A stretch of DNA of 64,000 nt, taken from contig JBHGNT010000017.1 in the NCBI GenBank assembly GCA_043228905.1, positions 13,702,001-13,766,000 on the forward strand. The letters run 5' to 3'. Made by a program: the position numbers and the translations under genes. Below, one piece after another: positions 12,144-23,043 of the stretch. Numbering within the stretch: the first letter of the stretch is position 1; each line of letters begins with the position of its first letter. The notes beneath the pieces are model-generated. The model worked only from the letters and a program-made list of their open reading frames with translations. It had not been told where the DNA came from and ran no database searches. Source of the stretch: Azolla caroliniana (taxonomy: Eukaryota; Plantae; Polypodiophyta).

Positions 12144-15100
12144 TGTTGGGATTACGGTCCCTTTCGGATGGGATGGTCGGATGTCGGGGATGAATGCCGA
12201 CAAGCCCGGTTGCGGTTTCGGAACCGGATGATGAAGACCCGGCTTCGGAGCCGGATGACGAATGTACCCGGAGAGAGATCCGGATGCGGGGACATATCTG
12301 TGAATATGTTTGCCAAGAGCCCTTGAGGCTATAGTTGTAAATAGCCCGAAAGTCATATGTGTATAAATATGACTTAGGGCAAACAGTTTTAAGTTTTTTT
12401 TTGCTTATCATTTTTCTGTTTTTTTTCCACTCAAGAGGAGTGAAGAGTGAGCAGCCGTGAGAAAGAGAGAGAGATAGAGCGTGAGAGAGGAAGAGAACGA
12501 CGCCTCTTTGTATTTCCGCCGCCTGTGGCGAGGACAGCGAGCTCAAGGTCGTCGCCTTGCAGCTCGCCATTGTATACTTCTCTGTGTATAGTGGTGGTTT
12601 GGAGTCTTGCACTCCCGTGGTTTTTCCCGTTTAGGGTTTTCCACGTTAATCCCTGCGTATTCGTGTTTCTCTCTGTGGTTTCCTATTTTCTGCTGCATTG
12701 ATTCGCGCTTACTCGGTTGTGGCCGAGGGAAGAAGGAGAATCGAAGCGGCGATTGCTTACAAACTGGTATCAGAGCGAGTTGCTGCAGAAAATGGAAGGC
12801 GGCGGCAGCGGGCAGCCGGGGATGATGGTGCTGACTGCGCAGAATTACGCCGACTGGAAGATCAAGATGGAGGATCTTCTGATTGTTCGGGACCTGTACG
12901 AACCGATTGACAGGTCGGAAATACCGAAAGGGGTACTTGAGTCGGAATGGAGGCTTCTGAACCGGAAAGCCGTTGCAACCATTCGGCAATACGTCGACGT
13001 GAGCGTTCTACAACATGTGGCGAACGACACCAACGCATATGAGATGTGGCGGAAGCTGTCGGGCCTCTACGAGAGGAAAAATGCGTTGAACCGGACCTCC
13101 CTGATGAGGAAGATAGTGAATCTCAAGTACCGGGACGGCGAGAGTATGGTGGAACACGTAAGCACGTTCATGGGATTCGTGAATCAGCTTGCGGCGATCA
13201 AGTTCCCATTGGAGGATGCAATGCAAGCCATCATCCTGATGTGTACATTGCCGGAAAGCTGGGAGAACTTGGTGGTGACTCTCAGCACCTCCTGCACAGA
13301 AGATAACTTGTCCTTACAAACGGTAAAGACAAGTATTTTGAACGAAGAAGCGCGTCGGAGAGATAAAGAACCGGCCTCCGACTCGAAGGCGCTGCTTACC
13401 GAATCGGATCGGGGAAGACAATGGAACCGGAGTCCACAAAGACGGGAGAAGTCGGGGACCCGGTCGCAGTCAAGAGGAAGGCCCACATGCTTCCACTGTG
13501 GGAAGCCGGGGCACTTCCGAAAGAATTGTCGGCATTACCGAAAAGACAACGGAGCCGACGACACCGATTCGAAGAAGTCACCGGAGAGAAACGGTGCATA
13601 CCGGGGAGCCACGGACCGGAGAGGTTCGGATCGGCGAGGGCAGGACCGGAAAGGAACAACGGCACTCGCGGCAAGTGAGGAAGAAATCATGCTCATCACC
13701 GAAGAAAGTGAAGTAAACATTGCCGGCGATGAGACGACCTGGGTGGTCGATTCCGGAGCATCGTTCCACCTGACCCCGGAGAGAAGATACTTCTCATCCT
13801 ACACAGCCGGTGAGCATGGCTGTGTTCGAATGGGAAATGAAGGTACGTGCCGGATTGCCGGCATCGGAGACGTGTGGTTGACAACCCCGACCGGATGCAA
13901 AATGCTGCTGAAGGATGTCCGACACGTTCCGGAGGTTCGATTGAACCTGATTTCGGCCGGGAGGCTAGACGATGAAGGCTACACAGGTAGCATCCGGAAC
14001 GGCGTAATGAAGTTCAGCAAGGGGAGCCTGATAGTGGCTCGGGCCCGGAAAGACAACACACTGTACCTGATGAATGCCCGGTTATGTCCGGAAGAGCTGA
14101 ATGTGGCAGCCGACACTGCCGGTGAGCTGTGGCACAAAAGACTGTGCCACATGAGTGAGAAGGGGATGAAGAGGCTTGCAGAAGACAACCTTATTCCAGT
14201 GAAGCATGTGCACCTGGAGAAGTGCACCGATTGCCTGGCCGGTAAGCAGAACCGAACCTCCTTCCACTCAAGGCCACCGACGAGACGTAGCGCACCATTG
14301 GAGTTGGTGCACACTGATGTGTGTCAGGTAGAAACGAAGTCACATGGCGGAGCCCAGTACTTCGTAACATTCATTGATGATCACAGCCGGAAGCTGTGGA
14401 CGGCACCGTTGAAGACAAAGGACCAAGTGTTGTGCGTCTTCAAAGAACTCCACGCGAGAGTGGAAAGGGAATCCGGCAAGAAGTTGAAAGCGATACGAGC
14501 GGATAACGGAGGGGAATACCGGGGGCAGTTCCAGGAGTACTGTCGCTCGAAGGGAATCCGACTCGAGTTTACTGTGCCGAAGACGCCGGAACTGAACGGG
14601 CTGGCCGAGAGGATGAACCGGACCATAATGGAGAGGGTCCGGAGTATGCTGGCACATGCGAAATTACCCAAGGGGTTTTGGGCTGAGGCAATGTCGACAG
14701 CGACATACGTGATAAACAGATCACCCTCAGTACCTTTGGACGGAGACACGCCGCAGAAAGTGTGGACCGGTAAGGAAGTGTCCTACCGGCATCTGAAGGT
14801 GTTCGGGTGTCTCGCATACGTGCATGTGGCAAAGGACCGGAGAGGAAAGCTAGATCCAAAGACCCGGCCATGCATATTCCTCGGTTACGGCGATGACGAG
14901 TTCGGCTACCGAGTATGGGACCCGGTTGACAAGAAGATATTCCGGAGTCGTGATATCATCTTCATGGAGAACAAGACACTCGCCGACTGGGAGTCGGAGA
15001 AGAAGATGAAGAGCTCCAAGTCAACCGGTGAGGATCAACTTTATGAGGAGCAGTCCCGACCGGCAAGGGACCGGTTAGCACTCGAGGATCCGGCCGAAGA

Positions 15101-17496
15101 CGGTGAAGAAACAGAACCGGCCGAAGAAGATGAAAATGATACCGGAACCGGCCCCGATCCCGAAATGGATTCGGATGAAGAAGAAGAATCAGAAGAACCG
15201 GTTACCGAAGCTCCCGAACGGAGATATCCTCTAAGAGAGAGGAGGGCCCCCCGGAGATTTCCGGATCCAGAGCACGTGCTGCTAACCGACGAGGGGGAGC
15301 CGGAGAGCTTTGAAGAAGCAAAGCACGACACCCAGAGCCGCAGGTGGTTGAGTGCCATGCAGGACGAGATGGATTCCCTGCATGAGAACCACACATATGA
15401 ACTTGTGGAGTTGCCGAAAGGAAAGCGGGCACTTCGAAACAAGTGGGTGTTCAAGCTGAAACCGGGAGATGCCGGAAACCCCCCGAGATACAAAGCCAGG
15501 ATCGTGGTGAAGGGGTTTCAGCAGAAGAAGGGCGTCGACTTCGACGAGATATTTGCCCCGGTAGTGAAGATGACCTCCATCCGGACGGTGCTGAGCATAG
15601 CGGCAAGCATGGACCTCGAGGTAGAACAGATGGACGTGAAGACGGCATTCCTTCACGGTGACCTCGATGAAGAGATCTACATGCAGCAACCGGAAGGATT
15701 CGAGAAGAAAGGGAAGGAGCACCTGGTATGCCGGTTGAAGAAGAGCCTTTACGGACTGAAGCAGGCTCCCCGGCAATGGTACCGGAAGTTCGACTCCTTC
15801 ATGACCGACGAAGGGTATCTCAAAACGCAGTCCGACCACTGCGTGTTTGTGAAGAAGTTCGAAGGAGGAGACTTTCTAATACTCCTCCTGTACGTGGACG
15901 ACATGTTGATCGTCGGACGGGACCAGGTCAAGATACGGATGCTGAAGAAGGCTCTTCACCGAACCTTCTCAATGAAGGACTTGGGTCCGGCGAGACAAAT
16001 ACTAGGGATGCACATCATCCGGGACCGGAGCAAGAAGCAGTTGTGGCTGTCACAGGAGAAGTACGTGACAAAGGTGCTTAAACGGTTCAACATGTCGGAA
16101 GCAAGACCGGTCGGATCGACCCTCCCGGCAAACTGCAAGCTGTCCAGCAAGCAAAGTCCCAAGACAAAGGCTGAAAAGGAGGATATGATGAAAGTGTCGT
16201 ATGCCTCAGCCGTCGGGAGCTTGATGTACGCCATGGTGTGTACGAGACCGGACATCGGATATGCAGTCGGAGTGGTGAGCCGGTACATTAGCAATCCCGG
16301 CAAAGAGCATTGGAACGCGGCCAAGTGGATACTCCAATACCTGAAGGGCACGGCAAACGTGTGCCTCCGATTCGGCTCCGGTAAGCCCGAACTCGACGGC
16401 TTCACCGATTCGGATATGTCGGCTGATGCAGATACCAGCCGGTCCACATCAGGGTATGTGATGACGTATGCAGGGGGAGCCGTTTCATGGCAGTCGAGGC
16501 TGCAGAAGACGGTTGCGTTGTCAACCACGGAGGCGGAGTACATGGCGGCTGTTGAAGCCGGCAAGGAAATAATATGGATGAAGGACTTCATTAGAGAGCT
16601 CGGTATCCGGCAGGAGGAGTACCGACTCTACTGCGACAGTCAGAGTGCAATCCACCTTGCGAAGAACGCGGCCTATCACTCCCGGACGAAGCACATCCAG
16701 CGAAGATATCACTGGATCCGGGAAAGGATAGAAGACAAGGAGTTCGTGCTGACAAAGATCCACACGGACGAGAACGGGTCGGATATGCTGACCAAGGTGC
16801 TCACACCCGACAAGCTGGAAGCATGCCGGAAGAGGATCGGATTGGAGAGACATCCCATGCCGAAGTGAAGGGGGAGTTTGTTGGGATTACGGTCCCTTTC
16901 GGATGGGATGGTCGGATGTCGGGGATGAATGCCAACAAGCCCGGTTGCGGTTTCGGAACCGGATGATGAAGACCCGGCTTCGGAGCCGGATGACGAATGT
17001 ACCCGGAGAGAGATCCGGATGCGGGGACATATCTGTGAATATGTTTGCCAAGAGCCCTTGAGGCTATAGTTGTAAATAGCCCGAAAGTCATATGTGTATA
17101 AATATGACTTAGGGCAAACAGTTTTAAGTTTTTTTTTGCTTATCATTTTTCTGTTTTTTTTCCACTCAAGAGGAGTGAAGAGTGAGCAGCCGTGAGAAAG
17201 AGAGAGAGATAGAGCGTGAGAGAGGAAGAGAACGACGCCTCTTTGTATTTCCGCCGCCTGTGGCGAGGACAGCGAGCTCAAGGTCGTCGCCTTGAAGCTC
17301 GCCATTGTATACTTCTCTGTGTATAGTGGTGGTTTGGAGTCTTGCACTCCCGTGGTTTTTCCCGTTTAGGGTTTTCCACGTTAATCCCTGCGTATTCGTG
17401 TTTCTCTCTGTGGTTTCCTATTTTCTGCTGCATTGATTCGCGCTTACTCGGTTGTGGCCGAGGGAAGAAGGAGAATCGAAGCAGCGATTCCTTACA
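12144..17496 (+). mobile_element. Full-length Ty1/copia LTR retrotransposon (Tnt1/Tork-like), young
   Basis: 618-bp LTRs 12144-12761 and 16879-17496 (TG..CA, about 4 differences by eye); PBS TGGTATCAGAGC 12765-12776 (tRNA-iMet); PPT GAAGGGGGAG 16867-16876. Confidence 0.97.
12792..16868 (+). CDS. Intact copia Gag-Pol polyprotein (gag, CCHC knuckle, protease, integrase, RT, RNase H), 1358 aa
   Basis: Uninterrupted ORF with CFHCGKPGHFRKNC, WVVDSGAS, HTD..DNGGEY..AERMNRT, LLLYVDDML, TEAEY and RTKHI. Confidence 0.96.
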   Translation: MEGGGSGQPGMMVLTAQNYADWKIKMEDLLIVRDLYEPIDRSEIPKGVLESEWRLLNRKAVATIRQYVDVSVLQHVANDTNAYEMWRKLSGLYERKNALNRTSLMRKIVNLKYRDGESMVEHVSTFMGFVNQLAAIKFPLEDAMQAIILMCTLPESWENLVVTLSTSCTEDNLSLQTVKTSILNEEARRRDKEPASDSKALLTESDRGRQWNRSPQRREKSGTRSQSRGRPTCFHCGKPGHFRKNCRHYRKDNGADDTDSKKSPERNGAYRGATDRRGSDRRGQDRKGTTALAASEEEIMLITEESEVNIAGDETTWVVDSGASFHLTPERRYFSSYTAGEHGCVRMGNEGTCRIAGIGDVWLTTPTGCKMLLKDVRHVPEVRLNLISAGRLDDEGYTGSIRNGVMKFSKGSLIVARARKDNTLYLMNARLCPEELNVAADTAGELWHKRLCHMSEKGMKRLAEDNLIPVKHVHLEKCTDCLAGKQNRTSFHSRPPTRRSAPLELVHTDVCQVETKSHGGAQYFVTFIDDHSRKLWTAPLKTKDQVLCVFKELHARVERESGKKLKAIRADNGGEYRGQFQEYCRSKGIRLEFTVPKTPELNGLAERMNRTIMERVRSMLAHAKLPKGFWAEAMSTATYVINRSPSVPLDGDTPQKVWTGKEVSYRHLKVFGCLAYVHVAKDRRGKLDPKTRPCIFLGYGDDEFGYRVWDPVDKKIFRSRDIIFMENKTLADWESEKKMKSSKSTGEDQLYEEQSRPARDRLALEDPAEDGEETEPAEEDENDTGTGPDPEMDSDEEEESEEPVTEAPERRYPLRERRAPRRFPDPEHVLLTDEGEPESFEEAKHDTQSRRWLSAMQDEMDSLHENHTYELVELPKGKRALRNKWVFKLKPGDAGNPPRYKARIVVKGFQQKKGVDFDEIFAPVVKMTSIRTVLSIAASMDLEVEQMDVKTAFLHGDLDEEIYMQQPEGFEKKGKEHLVCRLKKSLYGLKQAPRQWYRKFDSFMTDEGYLKTQSDHCVFVKKFEGGDFLILLLYVDDMLIVGRDQVKIRMLKKALHRTFSMKDLGPARQILGMHIIRDRSKKQLWLSQEKYVTKVLKRFNMSEARPVGSTLPANCKLSSKQSPKTKAEKEDMMKVSYASAVGSLMYAMVCTRPDIGYAVGVVSRYISNPGKEHWNAAKWILQYLKGTANVCLRFGSGKPELDGFTDSDMSADADTSRSTSGYVMTYAGGAVSWQSRLQKTVALSTTEAEYMAAVEAGKEIIWMKDFIRELGIRQEEYRLYCDSQSAIHLAKNAAYHSRTKHIQRRYHWIRERIEDKEFVLTKIHTDENGSDMLTKVLTPDKLEACRKRIGLERHPMPK

Positions 17497-19226
17497 ATTC
17501 TTTATCAAACCATTTTTTCTTACATTTCTTGGTGCATTTCCATGATGTGCAATTGGTCGAAAAACATTTGTTTGTACAAGAGAGAATGACATTCTTAAAA
17601 GCTTCCCATTTGCATTCTAGTGTGACACCATGTTGTGTCTTTGTCATTTGTAACATATCCTCAACCATCTTCAAATACATGGGCGCTCGCTTAAGATTCA
17701 TGCTCAAGTGCATTTGTTTACTATCTTCAATGACCTTCTCGCAATCAAACCTATGCATACATTTGAGATCAATACATAAATTCCTATGATCGGATTCTGG
17801 TGTCCATTCCCCTAGTGAGAATTTATGTATACGATCCAAAATACCTTCGGAAAGTAGCACATAGTCAATCACACTATTTCCATTGTGTTTTCTACATGTA
17901 AAGCCGTTAGTATTGGGCCATAAGGAAACACCATTTGCAATAAGCAATCCTGTATATTGCACATTTGTACGAGTGGTTTCCCAAATTGGTCCGGATCTTT
18001 TTCATCGCTAGAAGATCTACTATACATTTGCATATCCTCTTGCATCCTTGAGAGAGAGAGAGAAGATGTATTGACGTCTTCTAAGACCAAAATTGGGATG
18101 AGACAATTGGTTTACAACAAAACTGGGGTATTTACCCATTCATTGAAAGTAAAAATAAAAATAAAAATAAATAAAATAGAACTTAAGCTAAAGAGTTCTA
18201 ATAAAAATACATGTTTGACGGCTTTATACTAGGCCTAGTTTCATTTCCATCCAAGTTTCTCGAAAAGAAGCGGGATGTCAAAGGGTTTCGGTGTGGATGT
18301 GGCCCGTGGTCCCAATGTAAAAGGTACCCCAACCATAGCTTCTAGGTGGCGTAGTTCACATTCCCTTATCTTCTTAATTGTTTCTACTCCACGTCGATTT
18401 GCTTTGAAGCTCGTCATCGGAATGTGTTTGGTTGTTCTTTGCATTTCTGCTTCATCAAGAGAGAGGTCAAGTGGTGTAGGTGTGTCCACATTCATCATCT
18501 CCCCTTGTTCCTGAAAATTTACATTAGTTACATGTTGGTGAATATTAAAACGGTTATGGTTAACACTTTGTAGTTTATTCTCCCTATGTTGTTTTAGCTC
18601 TAAGATATACCTGCCTAGTTTCTTTATATCGAGGTATCTAATAGTTTGGAGAGGGTGGGAGAGGGTCCTAGTATGTCTTGGTATTTTGCCCTTATCTTGG
18701 CATAAGTTGGACACTTGCATGCAAAGTGATACTCATCCTTCATCTCTATGTGACATAACCTACATAGTCTTTCCCCTCTAGGGACTCTATTAGCACGACC
18801 ATTCTCAATCTCAAGTTGGTGAGATGATAGCCTAAGTTGTCCAATGGCCACCCTTAGTGCATTTGATAAGAATGTATCTAGATATTTTGGTCGTGTAATA
18901 AAACCTAACTTAGAGAAGTGCATGAAGTGTTCCTTATAGTACAATATTTTAGATGGAAGTGGCTCTCGTGGGGTGATCCATTTATATTGGGTTTAAATTT
19001 GCCATATTTCTTGGCGTATTACTTTATTACAGTCCTCATGAGAGATTAAATTTTGATCAGTCCCATGGTTGTACTTAAGGGGAGGTAGGTTATTAATGTC
19101 TATGCCATTTGCAAGTAACCAACTCACTACATTGTTATACCAAGAGCTAGTATCTCCGGACGCATATAGGGATTGGGATGCCTTAAAAGCTTGACGGGAT
19201 ATCCTATCTTGTGGTTGGTTATGTAT

Positions 19227-19658
19227 TGTTGAGAGATCAAGCTCAACTTAGTTTAGTTAGTTAGTCAACCATGTAACTTCATAGTTACCTAGATAGAATC
19301 TAGTTAGAAGTGTTGACTATAACGCCTTAAATATGACCTTGTACTTAAGTGGGATATTCTAGATCACACTCCTATGTACATTTAATATAGGACTTACACC
19401 TTAGTACCTATATTCTACTCACACATGTGCACCTTTGCACATGAGATATATATATACCTTATTGTGGGTATTTTTGTATTTGATGATGATAATGCTAATT
19501 TAATATAGTTACCCATCTTGTGTTGTTCATAAGTGTCTCTCTCTCTCTCTCTTCCTCTCACACACATACACACACATATCACATAATCTTTTGCTTAGCT
19601 TAATCACATAATTAGGTACTTATTAACCCTTGCTTAATTACTTACCGAATTATTAACA
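19227..19658. mobile_element. Solo LTR (432 bp)
   Basis: TGTT...AACA termini; perfect 5-bp TSD TGTAT; LINE sequence resumes across it. Confidence 0.85.
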
Positions 19659-19694
19659 TGTATCCTATGAATAAAAACTGCAATTGGAAAAGAG

Positions 19695-20048
19695 TGTCAC
19701 GGATCATAAGCTCAAGAGACAAGCAAGAAGATAACCAAATGGACAAGAAAGAAGATAGTATTAAAGGAAAGACTCCATAACTAGTGTTGTTCACCTTGAA
19801 TTCCTTCAAGGTGAACTCCTCTATTTATACTACATGGCATGCATACTTGTTGCATGCATGTGAATCTACAATAGAGCATGTAGGTATGCATGCATGTGCC
19901 AAGTGTAAATACTACAAGGGAGCAACTATGCACATGATGCTAGCAAAATAATAAGGACCAATTACATACATAACTATGTACTAGATATCTTGGTTAACTC
20001 ATAATACTAGATTATAACATGGTCGTGTCAAGAGTTCGAATCTTGACA
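19695..20048 (-). mobile_element. Solo LTR (354 bp) with a tRNA-like terminal segment
   Basis: TGTCA...TGACA termini; TSD AAGAG/AAGTG (1 mismatch); minus-strand TATAAATAG; B-box-like GAGTTCGAATC at 20032-20042. Confidence 0.75.
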
Positions 20049-21353
20049 AAGTGCTTCTACTAACATCGAGGGCAAACTGAACTCTCCTCTAATAATGTCA
20101 TGTGGTACTGTCAATTTGCATCGGAGCTAATGTGATAACATCGTCACCAAAGGTCTCTCTAATTGCGTCCACATGAAAGACGGTAGACGGGGAGCCCATA
20201 CTACTGATGCATACATGAGGGAAGGGATCACTAATGAGTCGAAGAGCCATCCCTTAGTCTGTGGCTCTTGAAAGTATGCATGGTTGCATTGTCTCTCTAA
20301 GAGTGAGAGGAATGCATACCCTCTCGTTAGCCTATCTTTGGTTGCTTGGGTCATTGAGAATTTACCTGAACGAGCACTACAAGTGACTCCCATATATACA
20401 TATGATCCAACTACCTCGATTGGGTTATGAGAGAGGATTAGGTGACATTTACTCCTAACTCAAGATTATGTATGAAAGATAATGACTTTAGTTTTTGCTA
20501 GATTCACTACCCATCCTCGTTGTGTGCAAAAGTCATCTAGGCCATTAAGGTTGTTTTGTAGGTCGTGTTCAGACTCCGAGAGCAAAACTATGTCATTTGC
20601 ATAGAGTAAGAGACTAACTTGAGTACCCCCAATGGCTACAGTTCCATTGCCTGCCTTATAAGCAACAAAGTCAATGATCTCATCAATGTAGATCCCAAAA
20701 AGAGTCGGTAATAGGGGGCAACCTTGTTTTACACCAATGGTGTTGGTGAAGCAATCGGATAGGCCACTTGCTCATATAGAACATGATGGCCCAGATCATG
20801 TCATTGGGTATCTCCAAGATTTTAAGCCTATCAAATAATCGCTCCCTAGGAACTATGTCAAAGGCTTTGTGGAAGTCCACAAAGCAACAATATAGTTTCT
20901 TCTGGCGAGCCTTCGTCTAGTCAATTAAGCATCTAAGTGTGAAGATATGGTCAATAGTGGAGAAGGCTCGTCTAAAGATAGTTGCTCAAGTGCTCGAAGA
21001 CTTAAGGTTTCCATATAATCATTGAGCTCTACTTCCATTACTACACCATATAATTTAGCGAGCGTATGACCTATCATAATGGTCCTATATGTATTTGGGT
21101 CCATTGGTCCCCTCCTTTGTGTTCATGGTGCATTGTGGTGGAAAACCCTCAGCAAGGGACTGGTTGAAAATTAGAGTGAGAAAAGGAGTTTGGCACTCTC
21201 GAGCATATATGATGTGTTTGGCTCGCAATCCTGTGTGGTCCATGGACTTCCTATGTTGTATTTTTTTTATGACCTTTGTGACCCTAGAGGTTGTGAAAGG
21301 TGTCCCCGTGGTAGGTCAAGGTGTGGAAGGCGTTGGAATGGGTGGTTGGTTTG

Positions 21354-22151
21354 TGTTGAGTGGACAACCTCAACTGGAGCCGGATCGGTATCCGAAACGG
21401 AGAACCAGATCGGATTGTAACTCGTAGGCCGTTAAAGGCCTACAATCTTAGCCTAGTACGTAGGCATATTCCTTGGAGTTAGTGTAAGTCGCTCGTATGA
21501 GCATTGAAGTACTTGTTAGTAATTTTGTCAGTCCTTTTAAGGACTTGTATAAAAAGTGTTTTGTAGGACAATTGTGTGTACAAAGTGTTATTATTTTGAA
21601 TTGAGTTTATGCTATTCTACTCTCTCTCTCTCTCTCTCTCCCGTGTATTGTGCATTCTTAAGCTTCCATTAAACCTTCATTTCTGTTTTACTATTGTTAT
21701 CCGGTTGAGCAGATTTATCTAAGCTTCCACATATTAACTATTATATGGTATTAGTACTTCTGTCAGTCATTTTAAGGACTTGTATAAAAAGTGTTTTATA
21801 GGAAAATTGTGTGTACAAAGTGTTATTATTTCAAATTGAGTTTATGTTGTTTTGCTCTCTCTCTCTCTATCTCTCTCGTGTATTGTGTATTCTTAAGATT
21901 CCACATATTAATTTTACATGGTATTAGTACTTCTATCAGTCCTTTTAAGGACTTGTATAAAAAGTGTTTTGTAGGAAAATTGTGTGTATAGAGTGTTATT
22001 ATTTCGAATTGAGTTTATGCTATTCTGCTCTCTCTCTCTGTCTCTCCCGTGTATTGTGTATTCTTAAGCTTCCATTAAACCTTCATTTCTGTTTTACTGT
22101 TGTTATCCAACTGAGCCGGTTTATCTAAGCTTCTGCATATTAACTTTTACA
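21354..22151 (+). mobile_element. Copia-family solo LTR with internal triplication
   Basis: TGTTGAG...TTTTACA; TSD GTTTG/GTTCG; similar to the LTR at 47908 (CGTATGAGCATTGAAGTAC, AGTCCTTTT.AGGACTTGTATAAA). Confidence 0.8.
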
Positions 22152-22926
22152 GTTCGGGACGTGGTAGAGTCTCTCTGTATATGTGTGCCAAGTGTTGGGA
22201 TCCTCGATGGGTTTTTGTGGTCTCAGTTCCCTAGTATCTTCCATGCAAGGGCATAGTCCCTACTCATGAGCATGTGGTAGAGTTCCCAATATTGAGATGC
22301 TTCCCAAGATCGTCTTTTACAATGTGTCATCTTGTGCATCTCTTTGCGAGCCTATACTAAGGAAATAGTATCATTATGTCACAACACTTTAAGTTGTCTA
22401 TACAAGTCTCTACAATCCTCATCATACCACCTATTCTGTGGCATAGACCCTATTCTACTTTGATTGGATTGTTTCATGTATGGGAAGCTACTAATTGTTG
22501 TTGAGTGAAGGATGTGTGTGAGTTTTGTAGTGAGTTTCTCTAAAGGCAGGGAAGAATCAAGAGAGGAGAGATGGGCTTGAACATGTCGGGAGTAGATGTA
22601 AGAGAGCTCATGTGTGAAATGTATTGTGGTGTGATAGTTTGGTTGACTAGAGTTGGTGGTGTCGAAGGTGTCACATTTTAGTTCAAAGTATAGGAAGATA
22701 TGATCTGTACCAAATTCCAATAGGGCATGGGGCCACCCGGAAGGCGTTAATCATGTGGGTAGCTTTAGGGCATCCTATTAGGTAATCAATTGTGCTTTCC
22801 CCTCCTCCATGTGGGAAACATGTGAGCTCTTCCGAGCTCGGTAACTTGGCTAACCATTATATATGACCATCTGGTGTCGACTTCCAAGTTCAAGTAGATG
22901 ATGGCCAAAACTTGTGGCATCCACAC

Positions 22927-23043
<117 letters not shown>

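Larger units (their letters stand above)
9753..18049 (-). mobile_element. 5'-truncated, frameshifted RTEX/RTE-like LINE (LINE-a), interrupted by copia 12144-17496
   Basis: Endonuclease end 17492-17962 (SVIDY..SDH); RT 10352-11839 (FVDFKKAFD, GVKQGCPLSP, LLYADD); C-terminal RLSSH.LRCETGR..RLC.LC..EYH..C near 9960-10110. Confidence 0.85.

Noticed and set aside
11947-12612. 221-aa minus ORF (and 16709-17347) as genes
   Set aside because: Antisense read-through of the copia LTRs into flanking sequence; no recognisable domain.
12717-12791. ORF-track N-terminal extension of the copia polyprotein
   Set aside because: Starts at a non-ATG codon inside the LTR/PBS; the sister copy supports ATG 12792.
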